Origin: Candidatus Woesearchaeota archaeon
GTDB taxonomy: Archaea; Nanobdellota; Nanobdellia; Woesearchaeales; JAGVYF01
DNA: 64,000 bases
Assembly: GCA_041650315.1 (NCBI GenBank)
Contig: JBAZLJ010000001.1
Span: 141,237-205,236 of the forward strand
Direction of reading: 5' to 3'
The notes under the pieces were generated by a model. The model made no database searches, was not told where the DNA came from, and was given only the letters and a program-made list of their open reading frames with translations. Position numbers and translations under genes: made by a program. This document shows, piece after piece, positions 8,463-18,410 of the stretch (positions are counted from its first letter, which is position 1; every line of letters begins with the position of its first letter).

Positions 8463-11312
8463 ATGGCTGAAAAGAAAAAGAAGGATAGGAAGTCTGCTAA
8501 CTCACCGGCAACATTGATAGATATTATTGAAAAAGAGAGTTTAACTGCAAAATCACAATTTAATTCTACTGCATCTGAAGGTGAACAAGTTTCTTTAGAG
8601 CAAAGAGCGACGACTTCTATATTAGAGATAGGTGACCTGGCCATAGGCACGAAAGTATTCAACCCCGACATATTGAAAGGATTAGGCTATTTCCTTGAAT
8701 CAAATGGTTATGATAAAAAAATAAAGCAAGTGATTATCGCTGGTGGTCTGAAACCGGCTATTCCTTTATTCTGGTCAGTACGTTATGGAGATTTGATGAG
8801 ATTTTTAGGCAATGATCCCGAAAGGAATGATTATGGTGAAGTCGGACGTGTCATTGAAGAATGCAAGGATCTTGTAGACGAGCTTAAGAAGTATGCTGAA
8901 AAATATTGGAAAGGAAAAGTATCCACCCCAAAAGAAGCAGAAGATATGGTCCAGAGGTATATGACTGAATTCTTCAATAAGTTGCCTGGCGCAAGAATCG
9001 ATTACTATCATGGTGATGAAGACAAGCTAAATATGAGAATGGCTGAAGAGATGGAAAGGCAGCGTATGCATGAGCAGAGAAAAGCAGAAGCTGAAGCTCA
9101 AAAAGAAAAAATTAGCCAAATGAAAGGAACATTAGATGATCTTGTTTCATCGAATACAGAATTGGAAAGAGAGAAGTTATATCATGCGCAGCTCAAGACT
9201 GTGCTTTCAGGAATATCTGTTGGATTGCAAGGACTCAATGATGATTCACAGAAGAAAGATTATATCATGAAATGGTTGAAGACTCCTGCTAATCGTAGCA
9301 CTATTCCACACGGCGAGAAAGGCAATGTGGAAGATATGCTCAATCTAACTCATCATACTGTGGATGAAGTGCAAGCGCAGATGGCAGAGCAGATTGTTGA
9401 AATTGATAAGCGTCTTATGGAGATAGACGCTGAAGCTGTCGCTAATACTGATGCGATGAATAAAGGTCAAGCTGAGATTGCTGATCTTGAAGCGAGGAAA
9501 GCTTCATTGGAAAGACCTTTGGAGAAGTTAGCGCATCTTACTGGGCAGTATTCAACCGCGCCTGGGGAAGAAGAGTTTATTTTCAAAATGGTAAAAGATG
9601 CATATAACGGCAGGCTTTATGACTTGTTCCAAGGATTGAATTTCCACGTGCACACTAGTTCAAAAGCAGATGTTGAGCTTGATTCCGGCGTAAGCACCAA
9701 GGCAAAAATTGCTGGCGAAGATGTAGGCAAAGCCGGACAGATTTATGAGATGGACGGAGAATTTAGCGCTCACGAGGTCGAATGCGGCGGTCAGAAATTG
9801 CTTATCGCAGTCATGCACAATATGAATCGTTCCAGCAATAGCGCTGGTTTGAATGATATTGAATTGATAGCTTTGGAGAATTCTTATCTTGAGAAAATGG
9901 CTGCTAATTACAAATCAAAGATGGGCAAAGTCCCAGACATATTCATAACTCAGCATGGCGCTGGCGGACTTAGGGTAAAAGCATTACCCAAGAAAAGAGA
10001 TGAAGTCAGCGAAGTCGGCTCGACAGAACGCGCGCCTATTCCTGAGATATGTATGGCAGTCAAGATTCCAGGTCTTGAAGACCTAGTTAAATTGCAGATT
10101 ATGAGGGACAAAGGTTTGAAAACACCTTCTACAATCAGGCAATCTAAAAAATTGAATGCTTCTGGCGCAACTATCCATACAGTGTTGGAAGATGGTTCGC
10201 ATGTAATCGAATATGTTGATTCAAGCTATCTTGCTGAAATCGGAGAATCTCTGACTCAGTTGGAAGGCATGGATAAGAAATCTGAAGAGTATAAGACATT
10301 GAAACAATCGCTTGATTCAAAAGTTTTGTTATCTAAACAGACTATTCGTAAGTCTTTGATTGCAGGAGATCTGCACGTAGGTGCGGGTAATCTGCCTGAC
10401 AAACCTTCTAATTACGAATATCTTGAGATGATGAAAAATTATGTTTTGTTGAATTATGTCTGGACTCAGAATGATCGTGCAGCATTGAGCGAAGTTATTA
10501 ATGGGGATCTTCCAAACATTCAAAGCCATTATAGTGAATGGGGCGATACTCCTGCAGCATTCGAACAGAAGCTTCAGAAAACTCTTGATGAAAGGATGGC
10601 TGCGATGGATGATTTATCTGTGAATAAGCAGAATAAAGGATTGAAAGAATTAGTGCATGATATCGCTAAAGAAGCAATCGATGCTTATAGAACAAGACCT
10701 ATCGCAAGCATAAGTCTGCAGATGGATGAAGCTGTCGCTCGTTTGAAACAGATATTCACTGACGTCCTTGGCGCAGGCGGAGAGCTTGTATTCGTTTCTG
10801 GAAATCACCCTAACAAGATTCCGGGCTATGATGAAGCAAAAGAACTTCGACGTGCGGTTCTTGGTTTGCAAGAGCAATACAAGGATCAAGTCAGGATTGT
10901 TGAAGGGCAAAGTTCAGGTCTTGGCGGTTCAGGCGTCATCAAAGACAAAGATGGCAAGAAAACATACTTCTGTCACGTACCACCAAGAGGCGGAAAAGAT
11001 TCAGTAGTCTCTTCAATGAAGAAAGCTCTTGGAACGGCTAATGATGCAGGACAATTCGTGCTATATCATGTCCATCAAGGAGAATGCGGTTATGCAGATG
11101 GCACAGCATATACAATCCCTCCTGGATTGCAAAATGCTTTGTATCCTGATGTGGCGGGTTATTTCTCAACCATACCTGGTTTCATGATGCATTATGGGTT
11201 GGTCGGAGAGAATACCGGCGTATATCACGCATGGCATTTCGTGCTAGGCAATACTTTGTTAAAGCATTATCCTGAGAATATCGCGAATGTGGGTTCTTCG
11301 AAACCCAATTAA
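8463..11312 (+). CDS. 949-aa protein: Lys-rich N-terminus, long central coiled-coil, C-terminal calcineurin-like metallophosphoesterase-like domain
   Basis: SD-like GGGAGG 8 nt upstream. Coiled-coil heptads ~aa 190-350 (EEMERQRMHEQRKAEAEAQKEK...). C-terminal motifs IAGDLHVGAGN (GDxHG-like), VINGDLPN (GD), VSGNHPNK (GNH), LYHVHQGE (HxH) appear in the order expected for an MPP fold. Confidence 0.6.
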   Translation: MAEKKKKDRKSANSPATLIDIIEKESLTAKSQFNSTASEGEQVSLEQRATTSILEIGDLAIGTKVFNPDILKGLGYFLESNGYDKKIKQVIIAGGLKPAIPLFWSVRYGDLMRFLGNDPERNDYGEVGRVIEECKDLVDELKKYAEKYWKGKVSTPKEAEDMVQRYMTEFFNKLPGARIDYYHGDEDKLNMRMAEEMERQRMHEQRKAEAEAQKEKISQMKGTLDDLVSSNTELEREKLYHAQLKTVLSGISVGLQGLNDDSQKKDYIMKWLKTPANRSTIPHGEKGNVEDMLNLTHHTVDEVQAQMAEQIVEIDKRLMEIDAEAVANTDAMNKGQAEIADLEARKASLERPLEKLAHLTGQYSTAPGEEEFIFKMVKDAYNGRLYDLFQGLNFHVHTSSKADVELDSGVSTKAKIAGEDVGKAGQIYEMDGEFSAHEVECGGQKLLIAVMHNMNRSSNSAGLNDIELIALENSYLEKMAANYKSKMGKVPDIFITQHGAGGLRVKALPKKRDEVSEVGSTERAPIPEICMAVKIPGLEDLVKLQIMRDKGLKTPSTIRQSKKLNASGATIHTVLEDGSHVIEYVDSSYLAEIGESLTQLEGMDKKSEEYKTLKQSLDSKVLLSKQTIRKSLIAGDLHVGAGNLPDKPSNYEYLEMMKNYVLLNYVWTQNDRAALSEVINGDLPNIQSHYSEWGDTPAAFEQKLQKTLDERMAAMDDLSVNKQNKGLKELVHDIAKEAIDAYRTRPIASISLQMDEAVARLKQIFTDVLGAGGELVFVSGNHPNKIPGYDEAKELRRAVLGLQEQYKDQVRIVEGQSSGLGGSGVIKDKDGKKTYFCHVPPRGGKDSVVSSMKKALGTANDAGQFVLYHVHQGECGYADGTAYTIPPGLQNALYPDVAGYFSTIPGFMMHYGLVGENTGVYHAWHFVLGNTLLKHYPENIANVGSSKPN

Positions 11313-11372
11313 TTTTATTTTTTGTCTCTTTTTTATATATGTTTTTATAGGTGGGATGCCTAGCAATATTGC

Positions 11373-12530
11373 ATGAATCTGGAAAAGAGGATAGGTTCTT
11401 GCGTAAAATCTCTTGCTCTAGGTCTTGCTGTGTCTTTAGGAAGTATTTTTTATCCGGTTGATTCTCGTGCGGACGATGTTAAATCAGTTTCACCAGCTGT
11501 TACAACTACTGCTAATCAGAATGTTGAGCGATTGAATAGAATGGATATAGATAAGATTGAAGAGTTCGCCGCGGGAATAAAATATGTTCCGTTTGATAGA
11601 TGTCGACGTATTAAATTAGAATCAGATAAGATAGAGGATTCTAGAATTAAGGAATTGGAAGAGATATTGCGAATGTCTTATCTTTATACTGAGAAAACAA
11701 GTAATAATTATATTTTAAAAGATAAACAAAGATTCACAAAATTGATATATGATACTTCTAAAAAAATAGGTTATAAGAATTTTGATAAGATGTCTATAGC
11801 TGAATTCATCAGATGGAACGCAAATCTTGTGATGTATTGGCATTCTTATTATAATGAGATGTTGAAATCTCCTGAAATAGCTGCTAAAGTTGATGGGGCT
11901 CATTTAGACGAGCTGTTGTATGCCGTTAACGGCAAAAAGGGAAAGACTTTTTTGATCTGTCGGAATATAAGTCCTTTACTTCAGATGGTTTTTGATTGCA
12001 CTAAGGATATTAATCCAAATCTTAAGAATACTTATTGTATATCTGTGGTTAATCAGACGCATATGTGGAATCTTTTTGTAACATTGACTAAAAAAGGACC
12101 TTATGCGGTTTCTATAGATCCAACTTTAGGGGATAATACTATGGCACATATGCAAAGTCAATTAGATTTTTCTAGCGGCGCTCATCGTGAGTTATTGCGA
12201 GACAAAGGTTATGTGCATTTATTAGCTGCTAAAATCTATTGTAATGAAAATGGTTTAATTGAATTATTGAAACGTTTAGAATTACATCAAGATTTTACTG
12301 ATAAAAATAAAATAGAATTGAATCGTTTCAGAACAAGTTCGCAGAATTATCTTCTGGCGCAATCTTTGAATCGGACTAATGAGATTATACAATTTTTCCC
12401 GCAATTATATAAATCTCGTATTCCTTCGATAGATAAATACATAAAATCTAATTTTGATATGATTCATTATAAGGTGGTAAGTAATTTAATTACTTTAGCG
12501 AAAACTCAGAAAGAGGTTTTATTCTTTTAA
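11373..12530 (+). CDS. Secreted hypothetical protein with a signal peptide
   Basis: 385 aa; N-terminus MNLEKRIGSCVKSLALGLAVSLGSIFYPVDSRADD; AT-rich gene. Confidence 0.55.
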   Translation: MNLEKRIGSCVKSLALGLAVSLGSIFYPVDSRADDVKSVSPAVTTTANQNVERLNRMDIDKIEEFAAGIKYVPFDRCRRIKLESDKIEDSRIKELEEILRMSYLYTEKTSNNYILKDKQRFTKLIYDTSKKIGYKNFDKMSIAEFIRWNANLVMYWHSYYNEMLKSPEIAAKVDGAHLDELLYAVNGKKGKTFLICRNISPLLQMVFDCTKDINPNLKNTYCISVVNQTHMWNLFVTLTKKGPYAVSIDPTLGDNTMAHMQSQLDFSSGAHRELLRDKGYVHLLAAKIYCNENGLIELLKRLELHQDFTDKNKIELNRFRTSSQNYLLAQSLNRTNEIIQFFPQLYKSRIPSIDKYIKSNFDMIHYKVVSNLITLAKTQKEVLFF

Positions 12531-12540
12531 TATAATTTCA

Positions 12541-12562
12541 ATCAAGGGTTTCGTTCCTTGAT
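12541..12562. terminator. Hairpin between convergent genes (candidate bidirectional terminator)
   Basis: atcaagg-gtttcgtt-ccttgat, a perfect 7-bp stem. Confidence 0.4.
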
Positions 12563-12609
12563 CCCGAACTCAAGTATTATTTCGCTTTGCTCAATAATAC
12601 GACAGAAAT

Positions 12610-14337
12610 CTATTCTTTAAGAATTATCTCGATCATCGCTGCGTAAGCAGGTCTTGCTATAAATACGCCGAATGATGCGCCGAGAATTGTTGTTATCGCA
12701 AAGCCTTTAAGCATACCTGCGCCAGCGAACATCAATGGTAGCATCGCAACAGTCAATGTCAGATACGAACCCATAATTATGCTGAAGCTTTCTTTGATGC
12801 GCTCTTTCCAAGTCGCTGTTTGTTTCGCTGCATCACCATACAAGACTTGATCAGTTATAACAATAAGGTTATCAACACCTGTACCTATTGCAATCAGGAT
12901 ACCTGCGATTGCTGCTAGATCAATATTCCAGCCAATCAATGCGGCCATACCAAGCAATAAGATTGTTTCTGCAATTAACGTGCATACAATTGGCGTGATA
13001 ATTTTCGCTTTTCTGTACCAGAATCCAATCAATAGACTGACTGCTATTATAACTAATATGCCTATTTCCAACGAATTATTAACGAATTCTTTACCCAATG
13101 TAGGCGAGATAGCTTCAACATTTGTCATTTCTAATTTTATAGGTAAGCTGCCTGTTTTCAATACAGTCTGAAGCTTTTTCATCTGTTCCAATGCATTGGA
13201 CATTGCTTCCTGCTGTGTTCTTCCAGAACCTGCGCCAGTTATTTGGATATCAGTAGTCGCTCTTCCTTTCAGGTCTGCAGCAATTCTTAATTCATCGACT
13301 TTAGAATCGTCTAAATATAGTTCTAATGATTTGGATAGATATTCTTGATTGTTTTCTGCAACTATGTCTAGTTTATCTGTAACTCTCGCTTGCCTCTCTG
13401 CTGCTTCCGGAGTCATGGCTATGCTGAATCTGAATCTGCAAACTGCTTCTCCTGCGCTTACTTGCTGGCAGCCATATTGCGGATCAATGCCAGAGCATGT
13501 TGCATCCCTGCATACGAATGTGATATCTCTACCGCCTATGAATACAGTTTCGTCGCCTACTTTAGCTTCGAATTTGCCTTGCTTAGACAATAGTTCTGTA
13601 ACTTCGCTTTTTGAAGCGCCAGCTATTTCGATAAGGACATATTGTTTTCCTGAACCGCCTAGATATGTTGGAAGATCGTTAGCTTGCGTTACAACTATAT
13701 CACTTAGGCCATATACATTCAATCTTTGTTTGAGATTGTCAATCAATAAAGTCATGTTGTCTGCTGATAATTGGTATTCTGGGGCTAGCAATACTCTGGT
13801 GCCGCCTTGAAGATCGAGACCTTTTTTGATATTGTTTGTTGGCGCGTTATATATTTCTATACCCAGTTCTTTAGGGCCGAGAATCTCAGTTTTAATTTTG
13901 TTTACATAAATAGTCTTTGTGACATTGCTTGTCACATTGGTTATATCATCAGTGACTGTTTCAGTCACTTCTTTAGCTTCCAGTTCTGGAAGGATGGTGG
14001 TTTTTATATTTGGTTGAACGATAAGGTAATATGTTTTGAGATTTGTTGTTATCTTTGCGCTTGTGTTTATCGCTAATGCGCTAACAATTGCATTATATTC
14101 TTCTACATTAGCTATAGGTTTGCTGTTTATTTCAATAATTCTTTCTCTTGCCATGGGCGCAATTGCAGGATTAGGATTAGCCATGCCTGCGAAATTCGCT
14201 GAGCTGTTTGCGGCAATGCTTCTAATGGCTACGCCTTCTCTGAACGGATCAGGATTAATTGATACTAACGCGAGTATGACTGCTATGATAAGGATTATCA
14301 CTCTTGCATTCTTGAATATCTGATTAAGCTTGGACAT
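12610..14337 (-). CDS. secD: Protein-export membrane protein SecD
   Basis: 575 aa; N-terminal TM, large periplasmic domain, C-terminal 6-TM region (GTGVDNLIVITDQV). Confidence 0.85.
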   Translation of the reverse strand: MSKLNQIFKNARVIILIIAVILALVSINPDPFREGVAIRSIAANSSANFAGMANPNPAIAPMARERIIEINSKPIANVEEYNAIVSALAINTSAKITTNLKTYYLIVQPNIKTTILPELEAKEVTETVTDDITNVTSNVTKTIYVNKIKTEILGPKELGIEIYNAPTNNIKKGLDLQGGTRVLLAPEYQLSADNMTLLIDNLKQRLNVYGLSDIVVTQANDLPTYLGGSGKQYVLIEIAGASKSEVTELLSKQGKFEAKVGDETVFIGGRDITFVCRDATCSGIDPQYGCQQVSAGEAVCRFRFSIAMTPEAAERQARVTDKLDIVAENNQEYLSKSLELYLDDSKVDELRIAADLKGRATTDIQITGAGSGRTQQEAMSNALEQMKKLQTVLKTGSLPIKLEMTNVEAISPTLGKEFVNNSLEIGILVIIAVSLLIGFWYRKAKIITPIVCTLIAETILLLGMAALIGWNIDLAAIAGILIAIGTGVDNLIVITDQVLYGDAAKQTATWKERIKESFSIIMGSYLTLTVAMLPLMFAGAGMLKGFAITTILGASFGVFIARPAYAAMIEIILKE

Positions 14338-15247
14338 TCTTCGCCTCTTTCTTCTTATCTGTCCATTCTAAATACCACATCATAATTCCTGCGTTCTGTA
14401 CCCAAGTCATAATCTGGTCTATTAATATTCCTATTAAGATGATTGTCAATATCTGTTGAATGTCCGGAGACATTGTCAATAATATGCCCATCGTGACTGC
14501 TACTAATGTAGTGCCATTCATCATGCAGCCTGTCTTGAATGCTCTGTAAACGTTATGCACTCTGTCTTCTTTTCTTGCTTTCAATAAATAAGTTGTGAGA
14601 AGGATGTCTGTATCGACTGAATAACCGATGAGCATGAGGAATGCTGCAATACCTGCAGTTGAGATCTTTATCCCTAAGAGGTTCGTGATTGCCATTGTCA
14701 CACTTACATCTGCGAATGCGCATAGTATAACTGCAACGCTAGGTATTGGAACTTTGAAGTATAAATAAACTACAAGAGCCATGAATAAGAACGCCAATAT
14801 CATTGATCTGAATGTTGCTTGGAAGAATGAACTTCCTAGTTGCGGGCTTATTGCCTGTGTGTTCTCTTCTAGTTGTTCTTGGGTTAAAGTCGGGACTGCT
14901 TTTAATAAAACTTCTTTGAATCTTTGGATTTCTTTTTGGTCATTTATATCAAGATCAATTTTGACCGCAAGTCCTAGTACTTGTCCGGATGATGATAATG
15001 TACGTACTTCGATATCAGATTTAGGGAATTCTTGTTTCAGGATTTCTGATATTCCGTTTTCATCTGCAGTAGGTTCTAATACTTTGATTGTAAGGCCGCC
15101 TTTTAGTGAAACGCCTTTTGTGAAAAAGTCTCCTGTAGTAGAATATTGGTAACCTAATTGCGCTAATCCTGCAATAAGAATCAACATAGAGAATATGATT
15201 AGGTACTTGTAATTCTTTGTGTATAAATCTGAAATATGTTGTGACAT
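14324..15247 (-). CDS. secF: Protein-export membrane protein SecF
   Basis: 307 aa; overlaps secD by 14 nt; SecD/F-type TM topology. Confidence 0.85.
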   Translation of the reverse strand: MSQHISDLYTKNYKYLIIFSMLILIAGLAQLGYQYSTTGDFFTKGVSLKGGLTIKVLEPTADENGISEILKQEFPKSDIEVRTLSSSGQVLGLAVKIDLDINDQKEIQRFKEVLLKAVPTLTQEQLEENTQAISPQLGSSFFQATFRSMILAFLFMALVVYLYFKVPIPSVAVILCAFADVSVTMAITNLLGIKISTAGIAAFLMLIGYSVDTDILLTTYLLKARKEDRVHNVYRAFKTGCMMNGTTLVAVTMGILLTMSPDIQQILTIILIGILIDQIMTWVQNAGIMMWYLEWTDKKKEAKNVQA

Positions 15248-15358
15248 GATTAAGCTATTCGGAGTTGGTTTTGATTTATAAATATGATGGTTCTTTTATA
15301 TGGTATTAACTTTAGCTATTAAGGAATATTTATATATGATTTATACATTAAATAATAT

Positions 15359-16312
15359 ATGGTATTGACTTCATTTTTCTTTTTTGCAGTTTCTTGTTTA
15401 ATATTAGTCATTAGTGGAGGTTATCTGGTTAAATTAATCATTAAAATAGCTACATTTTTGAAATTAAGCGAATTTGTAGTTGCGTTCATTATAATGGCTT
15501 TTTCCACATCAATCCCTGAACTTTTTGTAGGAATCAGCGCAGCATTGAATAAAAACCCCGGATTATCTCTCGGAAATGTTATTGGTTCGAATATTGCTGA
15601 TTTGACATTAGTCATAGGCTCGGCGGCATTGTTAGGTAAAGGGTTGAAGGTAAAAAATCCATTCATTAAAAGGGATAGTTTATTCATGTTTATAGTGGTT
15701 CTGATACCGATGGTGCTTATGGCAATCAATCAAAGTTTGTCACGTTTGGATGGGGTTCTTTTAATTGGTGTTTTTATTGCTTATTCAATATATTTAGTTA
15801 ATGAAAGAAAGGAAATTAAAAAACAATTTGTTCAAGAGGGGCATAATCATATTTTTGTTACGACTTTATTTTTCATTTTATGTCTACTAATACTTTTCTT
15901 CAGCGCACATTTCGTAGTTAAATATGCTACAGAACTAGCTTTGGGCTTATCCATGCCGCCAATACTTATTGGTTTATTCTTGGTAGCATTCGGGACTTCT
16001 TTACCAGAATTAGTCTTTGAAATAAGATCTATGCAGGATAGGAAGGGGGATTTGGCTTTGGGAGATGCAATGGGTAGTGTCGTTTGCAATTCTACTTTAG
16101 TATTAGGCGTGACTGCTCTAATCTATCCAATTACTACGTTGAGTTTTTCTTTGTTCGAGACTAGCGGAGTATTCATGGTGATTATCACATTCATATTCAT
16201 TATGCTGGTAAGAAGTAAAAAGGGATTGTCCATAATGGCTTCTTTGTTCTTAATCTTGTCCTATATCTTATTCATATTATTTGAATTTTATCTCAAGTCT
16301 AAAATCATTTAA
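15359..16312 (+). CDS. Sodium/calcium exchanger (CaCA family, YrbG-like)
   Basis: 317 aa; alpha-repeat motifs GNVIGSNIADLTLVIG and GTSLPELV. Confidence 0.8.
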   Translation: MVLTSFFFFAVSCLILVISGGYLVKLIIKIATFLKLSEFVVAFIIMAFSTSIPELFVGISAALNKNPGLSLGNVIGSNIADLTLVIGSAALLGKGLKVKNPFIKRDSLFMFIVVLIPMVLMAINQSLSRLDGVLLIGVFIAYSIYLVNERKEIKKQFVQEGHNHIFVTTLFFILCLLILFFSAHFVVKYATELALGLSMPPILIGLFLVAFGTSLPELVFEIRSMQDRKGDLALGDAMGSVVCNSTLVLGVTALIYPITTLSFSLFETSGVFMVIITFIFIMLVRSKKGLSIMASLFLILSYILFILFEFYLKSKII

Positions 16313-16556
16313 AAATTAAAAAAACCCACCCTCCTTCGCCCTGATAAAAATAGTTTTGTCAACAAGGCTTATCAGTTTTGCCTTGATGTTCTGAACATAT
16401 TTCCGATAGATTGCATCTATTCAGAAGTAGGTTCAGGTTCTTTTGGTTTATCACCATCAGGAGCTGGCTCCTGAGGTTCAGGTTGTTGTTCGTCTGCCAT
16501 GAAAAATCAAAGTTACAATACTATATATATGTTTGTAATCGGAGGGATTATTCTGT

Positions 16557-17111
16557 TCAGAATAAACTTAGTAGCCCGGTATATACCCAGAAGCCGTCTA
16601 ATCCTGGAATCGGAAGCATGTTGACTACGAATAGGAATCCGTTGATGTATTTGGTGAAATAGATTAATGGAAGATATTTCTTTTTTGCCATGTTTTCTTT
16701 TATTATTACATAACATGCTAGCCAGATTAATAGGTTTGCTAGAGGTCCGCCGAACGCGATTAATGCGCTGTTTAGTCCTGTTGTCGCAGTGTGGCTTACA
16801 TATGCTGGAACGAAGAATATGTATCCGACTCCCATCAGTCTTAACAATAATCCAAAAAATAGGAAATTGTATGCTGCATGGAATGTCGCAGTTAATCCTA
16901 ATGACATTGCTATGAATTTGTGGAATAGTTCGTGAAGCAGGATGGATGAGCCAACTGTGATCACTGCGTACATGAATGGTCTATAGTCCGTAGTTTGGTT
17001 CAGTGGGTCATAAGCTTGCTTTCCATACCTATTGAATATATCCTTGAAGAGATAGCCGATGACTGCAGCCATGACTAGAATATCAAATATTTCGGTTGAT
17101 TGGAACAACAT
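16557..17111 (-). CDS. Site-2 protease-like M50 family zinc metalloprotease (short form)
   Basis: 184 aa; HELFH (HExxH) plus NMLPIPGLDG (LDG motif) in a membrane protein. Confidence 0.7.
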   Translation of the reverse strand: MLFQSTEIFDILVMAAVIGYLFKDIFNRYGKQAYDPLNQTTDYRPFMYAVITVGSSILLHELFHKFIAMSLGLTATFHAAYNFLFFGLLLRLMGVGYIFFVPAYVSHTATTGLNSALIAFGGPLANLLIWLACYVIIKENMAKKKYLPLIYFTKYINGFLFVVNMLPIPGLDGFWVYTGLLSLF

Positions 17112-17146
17112 ATTAGTCTATTAAATAAGCAAACTTTAAAAACGTT

Positions 17147-17857
17147 TTGACGTATTTCCGGAATATGGCAATTTTAGGGTTCAAAAACGTGATTGGCGAG
17201 TTCTCTTTCACTGATAAGTACAAAGTATCTAAGAAGAAAGCTGATCTTGTTATTGATGAATCCAATATAGATAAATATTCTAAAGTGCTGTTCCATTTCA
17301 AGAATAAGAAGTATTTTTCTAAGTTCTTCGCTGAGAATCTTAAATTGACTACATTAGCTCTTGGCGCAAAGAAGGATTACGACTTTTTGATACGTGAGAT
17401 TATCAAAGAGCTTGATCCGATGTATCGAGCTCGCAATACTCTGAAGGATGAGATATTGCTGAAGCATCTTGATGAAGTGATTGTCGAGAAAGAGATATAT
17501 CTTGAAAGCTTAATGGAAAAGTATTGTCCGAATTTGCTTGCAGTTGCGGATGCTTTTGTTGGAGGCAAGTTAATACATGCGGCTGGTTCTCTGGAGAAAC
17601 TTTCTAGGATGACTGCGCGCAAGATACAGATAATCGGCGCGGAATCGGCATTTTTCAGGTTCTTGAAATCGCAGAGGCGTGATGCGCCTATGTTTGGAAT
17701 CATATTCAATCATTCATTGGTCAAACGTTCATTGAATAAAGGCAAGGCTTCGCGTCTGCTTTCAGATAAGATTGTGATTGCTGCGCGTGTTGATTTTTTC
17801 AAGGGGGAATTTATAGGTGACAAGCTGAGGGAAGAGATTGAGCAAAAAATTGATTAA
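17147..17857 (+). CDS. nop5: Nop5 (Nop56/58) C/D box snoRNP protein, short form
   Basis: 236 aa; Nop domain ...GAESAFFRFLKSQRRDAPMFGIIFNHSLV...KGKASRLLSDKIVIAARVDFF; directly upstream of fibrillarin. Confidence 0.7.
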   Translation: MTYFRNMAILGFKNVIGEFSFTDKYKVSKKKADLVIDESNIDKYSKVLFHFKNKKYFSKFFAENLKLTTLALGAKKDYDFLIREIIKELDPMYRARNTLKDEILLKHLDEVIVEKEIYLESLMEKYCPNLLAVADAFVGGKLIHAAGSLEKLSRMTARKIQIIGAESAFFRFLKSQRRDAPMFGIIFNHSLVKRSLNKGKASRLLSDKIVIAARVDFFKGEFIGDKLREEIEQKID

Positions 17858-18410
17858 AAAGGAAGGAGAATATTATCTGGACGGACGTTTGTTCGACGCG
17901 TGCCATAGCAAGCTTGCTGCGGCCATGAAGAACGGATTGAAGAATCCGATTAAAAAAACTGATGTTGTACTTTATCTTGGCGCGTCGCATGGGTACACTC
18001 CTTCGTTTGTAGCTGAGATGTCTGCGTTTGTTTTCGCAGTTGAGTTTTCGCAATACGTGGTTGACGCACTTATTTCTGTTTGCAAGAAGGCGGGGAATAT
18101 TGCACCAATTCTTGCGGATGCTTCCAAGCCACTTACTTATTTCAGGCGCGTTTCTGGTGTTGATATTGTATATCAGGATATCGCGCAGAAGAATCAGGTT
18201 GGGATATTTGTTAAGAATATTAATCTGTTCTTGAAGAAAGGCGGGTATGGTCTTTTGGCTGTTAAGTGCAGAAGCATTGATGTTGCTGCAGATCCTGCTA
18301 AAGTATTCTCATCTGTAAAGTCTGAATTAGAAAAGCATTTAAAGATTGTAAGTTATACTTCTCTTGAACCTTTTGAGAAGGATCATTATTTCGTGATTGT
18401 GAGAAAATGA
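17838..18410 (+). CDS. flpA: Fibrillarin-like rRNA/tRNA 2'-O-methyltransferase
   Basis: 190 aa; [19 protein letters not shown] (cf. VLYLGAASGTT) and C-terminal ...[16 protein letters not shown]...[12 protein letters not shown]. Confidence 0.75.
   Translation: MSKKLIKKEGEYYLDGRLFDACHSKLAAAMKNGLKNPIKKTDVVLYLGASHGYTPSFVAEMSAFVFAVEFSQYVVDALISVCKKAGNIAPILADASKPLTYFRRVSGVDIVYQDIAQKNQVGIFVKNINLFLKKGGYGLLAVKCRSIDVAADPAKVFSSVKSELEKHLKIVSYTSLEPFEKDHYFVIVRK

Noticed and set aside
16420-16500. 27-aa acidic Pro/Glu-rich micro-ORF (MADEQQPEPQEPAPDGDKPKEPEPTSE) downstream of the M50 protease gene
   Set aside because: Too short and too low-complexity to support as a gene without conservation or expression data.
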